NCBI GenBank assembly: GCA_964496475.1
Contig: CAZBZS010000009.1
Span: 64-64,063 of the forward strand
Length of the DNA: 64,000 nucleotides
Source: an uncultured Chloroflexota bacterium
Lineage (GTDB): Bacteria; Chloroflexota; UBA11872; VXNJ01
Direction: 5' to 3'
Positions 19,543-29,987 of this stretch are shown here, in pieces. The position numbers were made by a program, and so were the translations under genes. Each line of letters begins with the position of its first letter. The first letter of the stretch is position 1. The notes beneath the pieces were generated by a model. The model saw nothing but the letters and a program-made list of their open reading frames with translations, was not told where the DNA came from and did no database searches.

Positions 19543-21576
19543 ATGCCAAATCGCCTGGCGGCCGAAACCAGCCCCTACCTGCTGCAACACGCCGATAATC
19601 CGGTGGACTGGTACGCGTGGCATCCCGATGCGTTTGAGCGGGCGCGCGCAGAAGATAAGCCCATCTTTCTGAGCGTGGGCTACTCCGCCTGCCACTGGTG
19701 TCATGTGATGGCTCACGAGTCCTTTGAGGACCCGGAGATCGCCGACCTGCTTAACGAGCGGTTTATCTCGATCAAGGTCGATAGGGAGGAACGGCCGGAC
19801 GTGGACGGAATTTACATGCAGTCGGTGGTGGCGCTCACGGGGCAAGGGGGATGGCCGCTGACGGTTTTTCTGACGCCGGATGGGGTGCCGTTCTGGGGCG
19901 GCACGTACTTCCCGCCAGCGCCTCGCCAGGGCTTCCCGGCGTTTCGACAGGTGCTTGAATCCATCGCCGGCACCTACGAGTCGGAGCGGGACGAAATAAC
20001 GGAAGCGGCCGACCGCATGACGGAAGTGCTGAGGCAGGCGGACGATCCCGAGGCCGCCGGTGACCCGAGTCACTTTCTGCTAAACACCGCGCGGCAGCGC
20101 CTTATTACTTCCTTTGATACGCAGAACGGCGGCTGGGGCGGAGCGCCCAAATTCCCGCAGCCGATGGTGCTCGATTTCCTGCTTCGCTACCACCATCGCA
20201 CCGCCGACGAGGCGGCGCTGGCGGCGGTCGAGCAGAGTCTCCAGCACATGGCTGATGGCGGCATCCACGACCAGCTCGGCGGGGGATTTCACCGCTATGC
20301 GACCGACGATTCCTGGCTGGTGCCGCACTTCGAAAAGATGCTCTACGACAATGCGCAGCTTGCGCGGATTTATCTGAAGGCCTGGCAGGTCACCGGGAAC
20401 GACGCCCACCGCCGCACGGTTGAGTCCACGCTCGACTACGTGGCCCGGGAAATGACACACCCGGACGGTGGATTTTTCAGCTCGCAGGACGCTGATACGG
20501 AAGGTGAAGAGGGGCTGACCTACGTCTGGTCGGCGGAGGAGATCGCCGGGGCGCTTGGCGACGGCGCGGAGCATTTCGCGGCCGCGTACGGGGTTACGAC
20601 CGACGGTAACTTCGAGGGCAGCAACATTCTGAACCGACCGCTTTCGATGGAGGAGGCCGCTGCCCGGGCAGGATTGCCGGTTGAAGAATCTGAAACCCGA
20701 CTCGCCGCCGGCCGCAGACGCCTTCTGGAACTGCGGGAGTGCCGGACTCAGCCCGGTCGGGACGACAAGATCATCACGGCCTGGAACGGGCTGATGCTGG
20801 CGGCGTTCGCGGACGCCGGTCGCTTTCTTGGCCGCGGGGACTACCTGGATATCGCCAAACGCAACGCCGATTTTCTGCTGGCTGAAATGGTCACATCGGA
20901 GCGCCGGGTTCTCCGCACCTGGAAGGACGGGCGCGCGCATCTTAACGGCTACGCGGAGGACTATGCGCACCTGGCGGAAGGTCTGCTCTCAGCTTACGAG
21001 GCCACGTTCGTCGATCTCTACTTCGTGGCGGCGCGGGAGTTGATCGACCAGCTCCTGGTGCATTTCGCTGACCCTGAGGGAGGCTTCTATGAAACCAGTG
21101 ACGATCACGAAACGTTGATCACCCGCCCGCACGGCGACCAGGACAATGCGGTCCCCGGAGGAGGCTCGATCGCGAGCACGGTTCTGTTTCGGCTGGCGTC
21201 GATAACGGGAGAGTCGCGTTACGACGAGGCCGCGCTGTCGGCGGTTTCGCGGCTGGTAAACCAGATCCAGCGCTATCCGACCGGCTACGCCCAGTGGCTG
21301 GTGGCGCTTGAATTCCGCTTCGGTGAGACGCGGGAGATCGCGATCGTCGGCGACCCGGAGCACCCGGCGCGAGCGGCCTTGCTGCGGGTGGTGAACTCGG
21401 GCTTTCGTCCGACGCAGGTCCTGGCAGCAGGGCCGGCGGCAGACATCACTCCGGTACCGCTATTGCGCGGTCGGACCGCGGTGGACGGCCTGCCCACGGC
21501 CTATGTCTGTCGCAATTTCGTGTGCGATCTGCCGGTGACCGACCCCCAGCAACTCACCGCCCAGCTCGAATCCTGA
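19543..21576 (+). CDS. thioredoxin-domain protein, YyaL/DUF255 family (N-terminal Trx-like plus six-hairpin domain)
   Basis: The N-terminus [18 protein letters not shown]…[11 protein letters not shown] is the DUF255 hallmark. Confidence 0.85.
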   Translation: MPNRLAAETSPYLLQHADNPVDWYAWHPDAFERARAEDKPIFLSVGYSACHWCHVMAHESFEDPEIADLLNERFISIKVDREERPDVDGIYMQSVVALTGQGGWPLTVFLTPDGVPFWGGTYFPPAPRQGFPAFRQVLESIAGTYESERDEITEAADRMTEVLRQADDPEAAGDPSHFLLNTARQRLITSFDTQNGGWGGAPKFPQPMVLDFLLRYHHRTADEAALAAVEQSLQHMADGGIHDQLGGGFHRYATDDSWLVPHFEKMLYDNAQLARIYLKAWQVTGNDAHRRTVESTLDYVAREMTHPDGGFFSSQDADTEGEEGLTYVWSAEEIAGALGDGAEHFAAAYGVTTDGNFEGSNILNRPLSMEEAAARAGLPVEESETRLAAGRRRLLELRECRTQPGRDDKIITAWNGLMLAAFADAGRFLGRGDYLDIAKRNADFLLAEMVTSERRVLRTWKDGRAHLNGYAEDYAHLAEGLLSAYEATFVDLYFVAARELIDQLLVHFADPEGGFYETSDDHETLITRPHGDQDNAVPGGGSIASTVLFRLASITGESRYDEAALSAVSRLVNQIQRYPTGYAQWLVALEFRFGETREIAIVGDPEHPARAALLRVVNSGFRPTQVLAAGPAADITPVPLLRGRTAVDGLPTAYVCRNFVCDLPVTDPQQLTAQLES

Positions 21577-21583
21577 GGCGCGC

Positions 21584-22312
21584 CTACAGCCCCACGGTGG
21601 CCAGCAGACGGCGGCGCTCGCCGGTATTGAGTTCGCGCGCCTGGCCGGCGGTCAGCTCACCTAGATCGATACCGCCGAGACGAACCCGACGCAGCTGTAG
21701 CACCTTCAGCCCGCAGGCTGAAAGCATGCGCCGGATTTGTCGTTTCTTGCCTTCCCGCAGCACAACGCGCAGCTCGGTCGAAGATCCTCCTTCGTTGAGC
21801 ACCTCCACGGTCGCGGGGGCGGTCATTCCATCTTCCAGCTCGATTCCGCCATTGAGCCGGGCGAGGGCGGCCTCATCGGGTTTGGTCGACACGGTCACCC
21901 GGTACTCGCGCTCGTGCTGGAACCGCGGGTGCATCAGGCGGTGGGCGAGTTCGCCGTGGTTGGTCATCAGGATCAAGCCGTCGGAATCAAGGTCGAGGCG
22001 ACCGACCGGGTAGAGCCTGGCCTTGCGCCAGCGCGCGGGCAGGAGATCCACGACGGCTCGACGCCCGCGGTGGTCATGGGCGGTGGAGAGCACGCCACGG
22101 GGCTTGTTTAAGATCACGTAGGTGTGGGTCTGGGGAAGCTGCACGGTGCGGCCATCAAGCGCGACGACGGCGTGCTCGGGATCGACTTTCACGCCCATCT
22201 CTTTCATCAACTTACCGTCGACGGTGACGCGTCCTTCGGTCATCGCCTGTTCCATACCCCGGCGGGAACCGGCGCCCGCTCGGGCGAGGAAAACCTGCAA
22301 TCTCAGTTCCAT
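21584..22312 (-). CDS. rRNA pseudouridine synthase (RsuA/RluB family)
   Basis: An S4 domain is followed by HTYVILNKPRGVLST…GRLDLDSDGLILMTN, which carries the catalytic Asp. Confidence 0.85.
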   Translation of the reverse strand: MELRLQVFLARAGAGSRRGMEQAMTEGRVTVDGKLMKEMGVKVDPEHAVVALDGRTVQLPQTHTYVILNKPRGVLSTAHDHRGRRAVVDLLPARWRKARLYPVGRLDLDSDGLILMTNHGELAHRLMHPRFQHEREYRVTVSTKPDEAALARLNGGIELEDGMTAPATVEVLNEGGSSTELRVVLREGKKRQIRRMLSACGLKVLQLRRVRLGGIDLGELTAGQARELNTGERRRLLATVGL

Positions 22313-22315
22313 CGG

Positions 22316-25036
22316 CTAGGCGCGCGCCGCCTGAATTGAAGCCGCGTCGGGGGTCGCCGCTCCGCGTATCGCCTCGACTCGACAGGCGCAGATCTTGTAT
22401 TCGGGAATTCGTGAGATCGGGTCCAGGGAGTCGATCGTGAGCAGGTTCGCCGCGGCCTCGGCGAAGTGCCAGCTCATGTACACGGTGCCGGGACTTACGC
22501 GCTTGGTGATCCAGGCTCGGCAGGTCACGTCTCCCCGGCGGGTGCTGACTTGAATCTGTCCACCGCGCTCGATGCCAAGCGACTCGGCGTCGACCGGCGA
22601 GACCTCGACCAGCGCCTCGGGATAAATTTCGTCCAGCGCGCCTTTCGATCGGGTCATTCTGCCGGCATGCCAGTGGTAAAGCACCCGGCCGGTGTTAAAG
22701 ATGAGGGGGTAATCGGCGTCCGGTACCTCGGTGGCATCGCGGAAATCGACCGGGTGCATCCGACCCTTCCCGCTCGCTGTGGGGAATCGCTCTCCCCACA
22801 GCCATTGGGTGCCGGGATGATCCGGCGTGGGGCAGGGCCAGCGGAGGCCGCCTTCCCGATCAAGCCGGGCATGGCTCATGCCGGCGAGATCGGGCGTTAG
22901 GCGGGCCAGTTCGTCAAAAATCGCCTCGGATGTGTCGGGGCCCATGGCATAGCCCATTCTCGCGGCCAAGTCGGTGACAATCTCAAAATCCGCCCGGGCC
23001 TGCCCGGGCGGTTCGAGGATCGGTCTCACCCGCTGTACGCGCCGGTCGGTGTTGGTGTAGGTCCCGTCTTTCTCGGCCCAGGAGGTAGCTGGCAGCACTA
23101 CGTCGGCCACAGCGGCAGTCTCGGTCATGAAAATGTCCTGCACGACCAGGAATTCGAGCCGGTCGAAGAGGTCCCGAGTGTGAGCTAGGTTCGGGTCTGA
23201 CATCAGCGGATTTTCGCCCATCACGTAGAGCGCGCGCAGGTCGCCGGATTCGACGGCGAGGGTCATTTCGGTGCTGGTCAACCCTGCCGCCGGCGGCAGG
23301 GCCAATCCCCAGGCATCTTCAAATAGGGACCGGGCTTCGGGGTCGTCGATCGGCCGGTAGCCGCTGAAGAAGTTGGGCAGCGCGCCCACGTCGCTGGCGC
23401 CCTGGACATTGTTTTGCCCGCGCAGGGGATTCAACCCGGTTCCGCGGCGACCTACGTTGCCAGTGGCCAGGGCGAGGTTTATCAGGGCAAGGCAGGTCTC
23501 AGTGCCGTGAGTGTGCTCGGTGAGCCCGAGCCCCCAGTAAAAGCCGGTTTTCTGGGCGTCCCCGATCAGGCGAGCAGCCGTTTCGATGGTGGCCGCCGGC
23601 ACTCCGGTGATGGATTCGGCATACTCCGGGGGATGACGTTCGGCAGCGGCACGGACTTCCTCGAAACCCTCCACGCGAGCGGAGATGAAGTCCCAGTCCA
23701 CGGCGTTGTCTCGAATGAGGCAGTGCAGCAGGGCGTTGTACAGAGGCACGTCGGTCCCGGTGCGGGGTTGCAGGTGCAGGTCGGCGAATTTGGTCAGTTC
23801 GATCTTTCGCGGATCCGAGACAATGAGCTGTGCCCCGGCGCGAACGGCGGCCTTGATTTTGAGTGCGGTAATGGGGTGGGTCTCGGTGGTGTTGGAACCG
23901 GTCACCCAGATCAGGTCGTTCTCGGCGATCTCGTCGAGGGAGTTCGTGAAGGCCCCGGCGCCGATGGACATGCCGAGGGCCGCGACGGATGAGGAGTGGC
24001 AAAGGCGGGCGCAGTTGTCGATGTTGTTGGTGCCCACGACGGCGCGGGCGAATTTCTGTAGCTGGTAGTTGTCTTCGTTCAGGCACTTGGACGAAGTAAA
24101 GACACCGACGGAGTCGGGGCCGCTGGCATCGACGGTCTCCCGCAGGCGAAGCGCAACCAGGTCCAGGGCGTGGTCCCAAGTAACCTCGCGCCAGCCGTCC
24201 CCATCCTTAACCAAGGGCGTCGTGAGCCGGTCGGAGGAGTGAACATACTCGAATCCGTAGCGGCCTTTGACGCAAAGCCAGCCCTGGTTAACCGGGCCGT
24301 CGGGATCGGAGGTGACATGGGTAATGGTGTCGCCGTGAGTGTGGACTTCCAAGCCGCAACCGACCCCACAGAACGGACAGGTAGTGGAGACGACCATTTC
24401 CGGCTGATCTCGTTTGTCAGTCGCCAATTCCCAGAGACGGCGCGGCTCCAGGGCTCCGGTGGGGCAAACCTGGACGCAATTGCCGCAGAATACGCAGGTG
24501 GACTCGGGCATTCCAACGTTGCTGAGAGTGCCGATGGCGGAGGCGTCGCCGCGGCCGACGGGCTGGATAGCGAAGGTGTGCTGGACGCTTTCGCCGCAGA
24601 CATCGGTGCATCGCCAGCAGAGGACGCAGCGGTCGTAGTCGCGCACGTAGAAGGGGTTATCCAAGATTGGATTCCGGGTAGGTTCGGATTCGACCGGTGG
24701 ATCCACGTCGTATTCCAGCATGAGATTTAGGATCGCGGGCGCGGCGCTGAGGTCCAGGGAACTCAAGTCGCGCAGGACTCCGCGCCGAGCGGCGCGAACA
24801 GCGGGAGCCCGCGTTTGAATCTCCCAGCCATCTTCGACTACGGCGCGGCAGGCCGGCAGCAGGGCCCCGTCGCCGTCGCCCCGTTGCACAGTGCACAGCC
24901 GGCAGTTGCCGGATCCGTCTAGGCCGGCGGAATAACACAGGGTGGGAATCTCGATTCCGGCAGCTCGGGCGGCGGTAAGAACGGTCGTGCCGGCGGGAGT
25001 CGACACCGATTGACCATCAATTTTCAGCGTAACCAT
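22316..25036 (-). CDS. formate dehydrogenase alpha subunit (Mo-bisPGD, N-terminal 2Fe-2S and 4Fe-4S modules), Cys-type
   Basis: 906 aa. The N-terminus MVTLKIDG…CRLC is ferredoxin-like and is followed by CxxCxxC clusters and a molybdopterin oxidoreductase body. There is no in-frame TGA, so no selenocysteine. Confidence 0.85.
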   Translation of the reverse strand: MVTLKIDGQSVSTPAGTTVLTAARAAGIEIPTLCYSAGLDGSGNCRLCTVQRGDGDGALLPACRAVVEDGWEIQTRAPAVRAARRGVLRDLSSLDLSAAPAILNLMLEYDVDPPVESEPTRNPILDNPFYVRDYDRCVLCWRCTDVCGESVQHTFAIQPVGRGDASAIGTLSNVGMPESTCVFCGNCVQVCPTGALEPRRLWELATDKRDQPEMVVSTTCPFCGVGCGLEVHTHGDTITHVTSDPDGPVNQGWLCVKGRYGFEYVHSSDRLTTPLVKDGDGWREVTWDHALDLVALRLRETVDASGPDSVGVFTSSKCLNEDNYQLQKFARAVVGTNNIDNCARLCHSSSVAALGMSIGAGAFTNSLDEIAENDLIWVTGSNTTETHPITALKIKAAVRAGAQLIVSDPRKIELTKFADLHLQPRTGTDVPLYNALLHCLIRDNAVDWDFISARVEGFEEVRAAAERHPPEYAESITGVPAATIETAARLIGDAQKTGFYWGLGLTEHTHGTETCLALINLALATGNVGRRGTGLNPLRGQNNVQGASDVGALPNFFSGYRPIDDPEARSLFEDAWGLALPPAAGLTSTEMTLAVESGDLRALYVMGENPLMSDPNLAHTRDLFDRLEFLVVQDIFMTETAAVADVVLPATSWAEKDGTYTNTDRRVQRVRPILEPPGQARADFEIVTDLAARMGYAMGPDTSEAIFDELARLTPDLAGMSHARLDREGGLRWPCPTPDHPGTQWLWGERFPTASGKGRMHPVDFRDATEVPDADYPLIFNTGRVLYHWHAGRMTRSKGALDEIYPEALVEVSPVDAESLGIERGGQIQVSTRRGDVTCRAWITKRVSPGTVYMSWHFAEAAANLLTIDSLDPISRIPEYKICACRVEAIRGAATPDAASIQAARA

Positions 25037-25159
25037 CTGCCAGCCCGATCTTCGCGACGCCTCCGTCCAGTATCGTCATGGGAACCATATCCTGTCTCTC
25101 CGATGCCGTGAAGGCGGGCGGCGCTTACGCGAGCGGCGGCGAACCGCCATACTTGGGAG

Positions 25160-25861
25160 ATGAAGATTCTCGCGGTGGCGGACCAGGAATGTCGCGCGCT
25201 CGGAGAGCATTTCGACTCGGAGCGCTGGCACGATATCGAGCTGGTACTGGCCTGTGGCGATTTGAAGCAAGGCTACCTGGGCTACTTGGCCGACCGCTTC
25301 AACACCCGGGTCCTTTACGTGCGGGGAAATCACGATCGAAGGTTTGGGGACGATCCGCCGATGGGTTGTGAAGATATTCACGGGCGCGTGGTGGAGCATC
25401 GTGGAGTGCGCATCCTAGGGATGGAAGGCTCGATCTGGTACAACGGCAACGGCGTCCAGTACCGGGAGCGTCAGGTGGCCATCAAGGCATTTCGGCAACG
25501 CTTGAAGCTGTGGCGTGCCGGGGGCGTCGATGTCGTAATCTCCCACTCGCCACCACGTTTTTGCGCGGACGTATTCACAGTGTGCGATCAGCCGGTGGGC
25601 GATCACGCGCTCTGTCCGTTTCGCGAGCGTCCGGGGTCTGAATGGGATAACTGCCCGGAGGCCGCCGACCGCGCGCACTGGGGTTTTGACGCTTTTCGGA
25701 AAATGATTACCCGGTACGAGCCGGCGTACTGGATTCACGGCCATACGCACGCGGGGTACGGGATGACGGATCGTTGGAAGCAGATGGGCAAGACGGCTGT
25801 GGGTGACGCATATGAGTATCTCGAATTTGAGATTCCGGCCCCGGCAGAAACGACCGGGTAG
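25160..25861 (+). CDS. metallophosphoesterase (calcineurin-like)
   Basis: Carries ILAVAD…GD…GNHD metal-binding motifs. Confidence 0.75.
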   Translation: MKILAVADQECRALGEHFDSERWHDIELVLACGDLKQGYLGYLADRFNTRVLYVRGNHDRRFGDDPPMGCEDIHGRVVEHRGVRILGMEGSIWYNGNGVQYRERQVAIKAFRQRLKLWRAGGVDVVISHSPPRFCADVFTVCDQPVGDHALCPFRERPGSEWDNCPEAADRAHWGFDAFRKMITRYEPAYWIHGHTHAGYGMTDRWKQMGKTAVGDAYEYLEFEIPAPAETTG

Positions 25862-25866
25862 TCGAG

Positions 25867-26850
25867 TTGGTGGGTCAGTCCACAGACGGCGAACTCGCGT
25901 TTCTGACGATCGAGGAGGCGGCGCCGCGGCTCGCCTCGGGCGAACTGTCGCCGGTGGAGCTGACGAAGGCGGTGCTCGAGCGGATCTGCAGGGCGGAGGT
26001 ACCGGCGGCGACGTATATCGATATCCTGACGGAGCCAGCGCTGGTGGAGGCGGCGCGCGCTGAGGCTGAAATCGCGGGCGGAAATTATCGCGGCTTTTTG
26101 CACGACATCCCGATGAGAGTCAAGGCGGTATTCGCGGTATCCGGGCTGGTCAATCACGCAGGCTCGCGGGCCTGGTCGCCATAAGCCGCGACCAAGGACG
26201 CGGAGGTCGTGCGGCGGTTGCGGAGGGCGGGGGCGGTATTAGTGGGCACCCATCATCTGTATGAGTTCGCCATGTGTGGCGCGGCGGCCAATCCGCATTT
26301 CGGATCGTTGCTAAATCCGTGGGACAAGGACCGTGCCCCCGGAGGGTCCAGCAGCGGCTCGGCGGTGGCGGACAACCTCTGCGGACGGCTCACCCGGATC
26401 AAATCGGCCAGCTTCTTTTTAGAACGACTCAATGTGCCCGATGTCGAATCGAAATTGGGCAAATTGCTACGGAAGCGGTTTGCCGAAGGGGTCTCGGTGG
26501 ACGCCTCCGATCTGCACGAGATTATGGTGATGCGGGCCGGGATGCGCCGGGTGGTGGAAGTGGCGTTTTAAAATATCAATCTAATGCTGAGCCCGACGAC
26601 CCGCAGGACGGCGGGGCCGATGCCGCTGGCTCATCCGGCTGATGGTGGCGGGGCCACTTTCACCCGGATGTTCGCATTCACTGGCTAACGGTGCCTGACG
26701 GTACCGGTGGGCTTCGACCGGGATGGGATGCCGATTGGGATCACGCTCACGGGCCGAAACTTCGGGGAGACCCTGCTGCCCAGGGCGGAGCACGCCTTTC
26801 AGATGGCGACGGCGGCCAGCGGTCGCACTTTGAAACCGCCGCTATTGTAG
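25867..26850 (+). pseudogene. amidase-signature family pseudogene (premature TAA, internal ~400-bp deletion, frameshift)
   Basis: Three fragments align collinearly with the intact downstream amidase. They are 25867..26184, then after an in-frame TAA 26209..26571 with GGSSSGSA, and a C-terminal piece …GFDRDGMPIGITLTGRNF… at 26689..26850 in another frame. Confidence 0.7.
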
Positions 26851-26917
26851 GGGGCGGCGGCCGTCTCCAATATGCTAATTTCCCACGGGGATTTGGGAAG
26901 CGATTCAGGGAGATCCA

Positions 26918-28318
26918 GTGAACGATCAAGATCTCTGCTATCTGGAAGTCGGGGCGATGGCGGAGGGCATCAAGTCCGGCGAACTCTCGCCGGTCGATCT
27001 GACTGATGCTCATATTCACAGAATCGAGGCGGCGGGTCCGTTTGCCATCGCCTACCTGGAGGTATACGCGGAGGAAGCGCGCGCACGGGCTCGTGCCGCT
27101 GCCGGCGAGATTACTCGGGGTGATTACCTGGGGCCTCTACACGGAATCCCTGTGGCATTGAAAGACCTGTGCGACGTGAAGGGGCGTCGGACCACGGCGG
27201 GTTCGCTGGTGCTGGACGACGCTCCCAAGACCGAAGACTCGGAGGTCGCCCGCCGCCTGCGCGCTGCCGGGGCGATACTGCTGGGTAAGACCAACCTGCA
27301 CGAGTTCGCCATGGGCGGTTCGAGCGTCAATCCGCACTACGGGACTCCGCCCAATCCGTGGGACCCGACGCGCGTCCCGGGTGGTTCCAGCGGCGGATCG
27401 GGGGTCGCCGTAGCCCGGGGAATGGCCGCGGCAGCGCTAGGCTCCGACACGGGCGGTTCGATCCGCATACCGTCGTCGCACTGCGGCATCACGGGCATCA
27501 AGCCCACGTTCGGGCTGGTATCCCGGCGAGGTGTCTGGCCGCTTTCCATGTCTCTGGACCACGTGGGGCCATTGGCCCGCAGCGCGATGGACTGCGCCCT
27601 CCTCTTGAACGTCCTGGCTGGGTACGACACGGGCGATCCTTATTCGGTGGACCGGCTACCGGAGGACTTCACCGACGGCATCCGAGCTGGCATTCGCGGA
27701 CGTCGCATCGGCGTTCCCACCGATTTCTTTTTCGATGACCTGGAGCCGGATGTCGAGCGGCTGGTCCGAGTCGCAATCGAGGAACTTCGCGGTCTCGGTG
27801 CAACGATTGTGGACGTGGAAATGCCCTGGGCCGAGGGCCCGTTGGGTGACGATAGACGCTTTGTCCCGGTTGAGGGCTCCTGGGTCCATCGCCAGCGCAT
27901 GGACGATCCCAAAATCGCCGCCCGGATCAGCGAGGACGTTCTGAAGCGGCTGCGACATGGCGACGGTGTGGACGCGAGCCTCTATCACGAATGGATGAAC
28001 CGCCGGGCGGAAATCGTCCGCCTAGGAGAGGAGCTGCTACAGTCCGTCGATCTCATCGCCACTCCCACGGCCACTCGCACGGCGGGCATCATCGCCGAGA
28101 TCGACCCCCTGAGCTATCGCAGTGTCCTCGCACTGACCAGCGTTTTCGACATCACCCAGCAGCCGTCGATCTCGGTACCCTGCGGGTTCGACGCCGCTGG
28201 CTTGCCGGTGGGGCTGATGCTGAGCGGAGGCCGCTGGAACGACGCTTTCGTGCTGCGTGCCGCCCATGCATACCAGCAGGCCACAGACTGGCACGAGCGC
28301 AGGCCGCCCGACTTCTAG
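26918..28318 (+). CDS. amidase (amidase-signature family, Ser-cisSer-Lys)
   Basis: Carries GPLHGIPVALKD and GGSSGGSGVAVA, followed by …GSDTGGSIRIPSS. Confidence 0.85.
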   Translation: MNDQDLCYLEVGAMAEGIKSGELSPVDLTDAHIHRIEAAGPFAIAYLEVYAEEARARARAAAGEITRGDYLGPLHGIPVALKDLCDVKGRRTTAGSLVLDDAPKTEDSEVARRLRAAGAILLGKTNLHEFAMGGSSVNPHYGTPPNPWDPTRVPGGSSGGSGVAVARGMAAAALGSDTGGSIRIPSSHCGITGIKPTFGLVSRRGVWPLSMSLDHVGPLARSAMDCALLLNVLAGYDTGDPYSVDRLPEDFTDGIRAGIRGRRIGVPTDFFFDDLEPDVERLVRVAIEELRGLGATIVDVEMPWAEGPLGDDRRFVPVEGSWVHRQRMDDPKIAARISEDVLKRLRHGDGVDASLYHEWMNRRAEIVRLGEELLQSVDLIATPTATRTAGIIAEIDPLSYRSVLALTSVFDITQQPSISVPCGFDAAGLPVGLMLSGGRWNDAFVLRAAHAYQQATDWHERRPPDF

Positions 28319-28331
28319 CCGGCTTGGATCG

Positions 28332-29591
28332 CTAGTCGGTCCCGTCAGCCCTGCGATTTTCCACTGAGGTGGACTCTTGCAGGATCGCGGCGATATCCAG
28401 TCTCGCCAGCACCAGGAGGACAACCGGCACGACCATCAGCCCGGCGGCCATGAAAGCGGCGGGCAGAGACATAGCGGCGGCAACGGCTCCGAGAGTGATG
28501 GGACCGATAGCGCCACCACCGCCGCTGAAGGTGGCCAGGGTTCCGTAGGCGGTGGCGCGTCGATCGGGTGAAGCCGAGAGCCCGACCAAGGTTTGCACGG
28601 CCGGGCCGATGAGTCCGAAAAAGACGCCCTGGGCCATGCGGGCGCCGGTGAGCACGACAACGTTGGGCGCCAGACCCTGCGGGACGAACATCACCCCAAA
28701 ACCGACGACCGCACCCACCAGAACGTGCCGGAAGCCGAAGCGATCAACCAGCCACGAGGTGCCGACTATACCGACTACGGCGGTGGCGCTGAACAGACCC
28801 TGAATGAGTCCGGCGGTGGCGGCGGCCGACTCGGTGCCGCCCAAGTCCTGGACTTGCAGGGTCATGATGGGGATCGATCCTTGGCCGGCCATCCACAGGA
28901 TTGCCTGAAGCACGGCCAAGACCAGGGTGGGCCCGGCGATGAGGGTGGCGGTGTTCTGGAAGACAGAGGGTCTGCGGCTGCCGCTGATAGGGCGTTCAAA
29001 GCGCTCCACCGCGAAAACCAGAACCAATAGGCCGGCGACCAGGCTGATGGCCCCACCGATAGCGAAGGTGAGCCGCATCCCGATGAGACCGACCAGGAGG
29101 CCGCCGAGCACCGGACCGCCACTCATGCCAATGACCAAGGCGGCCTGCATGTAGCTGATGGAGCGCGTCAGGTGCCGTCGGGGAACAGTGGTGGAGACGA
29201 GGGCCATGGCGGCGGTTCCCGGGGCGGCGGCCAGGCCCCTGAATATCACGACCACCATCAGAAGTAGGGGATCGCGCACCAGGGCGGCGGCGGCGATGCC
29301 AAGGCCGCTGACGACCATCGCCCGGACGACCATTGGCTTGCGCCCGACACGGTCAGCGAGTATCCCCCAGAGCGGCGCGGAAAGCGCGAAGGCGAGGCCC
29401 TGGGCAGAACCTATCGCCCCGGCCCAAATCCGCACGCCGGCCGGATCGGTCACCCCGATTTCCTGCAGGTAAAGAGGTAGGAGGGGATACAGGAAACCGA
29501 TACCGATGAAGGTGATGAAGACAGCGAAGGTGAGGACAATGGCGCTTCGGCGCCAGTGACGAGGAGAGGGCGCGTTCGGCGGTGAGGTCAA
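28332..29591 (-). CDS. MFS transporter
   Basis: 12 TM segments and the motif GILADRVGRKP (MFS motif A). Confidence 0.8.
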   Translation of the reverse strand: MTSPPNAPSPRHWRRSAIVLTFAVFITFIGIGFLYPLLPLYLQEIGVTDPAGVRIWAGAIGSAQGLAFALSAPLWGILADRVGRKPMVVRAMVVSGLGIAAAALVRDPLLLMVVVIFRGLAAAPGTAAMALVSTTVPRRHLTRSISYMQAALVIGMSGGPVLGGLLVGLIGMRLTFAIGGAISLVAGLLVLVFAVERFERPISGSRRPSVFQNTATLIAGPTLVLAVLQAILWMAGQGSIPIMTLQVQDLGGTESAAATAGLIQGLFSATAVVGIVGTSWLVDRFGFRHVLVGAVVGFGVMFVPQGLAPNVVVLTGARMAQGVFFGLIGPAVQTLVGLSASPDRRATAYGTLATFSGGGGAIGPITLGAVAAAMSLPAAFMAAGLMVVPVVLLVLARLDIAAILQESTSVENRRADGTD

Positions 29592-29774
29592 CCGGCCCGT
29601 CTTTCGAGATGCCCCTTCGAATCTTGAGGACCTTGTCTGTTTTGATTATGCGGTACGCGGCGAGGCGTTGGCGGCGACGGCGTCGGGGACGAGTTGGAGT
29701 GACCGGTTCGGAGCGGGCCGAGCCCGCGCGGGAGCCTGAATCGATACAGGGCTATATCTGGAACGGCCGTCGAT

Positions 29775-29891
29775 CTAGGCCGAATCGTCCTCGAAGGTCC
29801 CCATTCGAGGCTTTACAACCTTGTTGAAGACCATGGCCACGATACTTAGAATGATAGCCATTCGTATGAGTTTACCGATGAGTTTGAACAC
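29775..29891 (-). CDS. small hydrophobic protein (38 aa, single TM)
   Basis: Translation V(M)FKLIGKLIRMAIILSIVAMVFNKVVKPRMGTFEDDSA. A GTG start lies 5 nt after a perfect GGGAGG. It sits in a local AT-rich pocket between the MerR-like gene and the MFS gene and is below the ORF-track size cutoff. Confidence 0.35.
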   Translation of the reverse strand: MFKLIGKLIRMAIILSIVAMVFNKVVKPRMGTFEDDSA

Positions 29892-29987
29892 TTCAGCCTC
29901 CCTTGGCATCGGTTCTGTTGCGTTGCCGGCGGGCACGTTTCGCCGGTGCTGCCCGCCAGCATGTCAGACGGGATCCACATTTTAGGG

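Noticed and set aside
23499-24179. 226-aa minus-strand ORF and several + strand ORFs inside fdhA
   Set aside because: They are overlapping-frame artefacts. fdhA is continuous and has strong family similarity.
22316-25036. Selenocysteine-containing formate dehydrogenase
   Set aside because: There is no in-frame TGA. The catalytic residue must be Cys.
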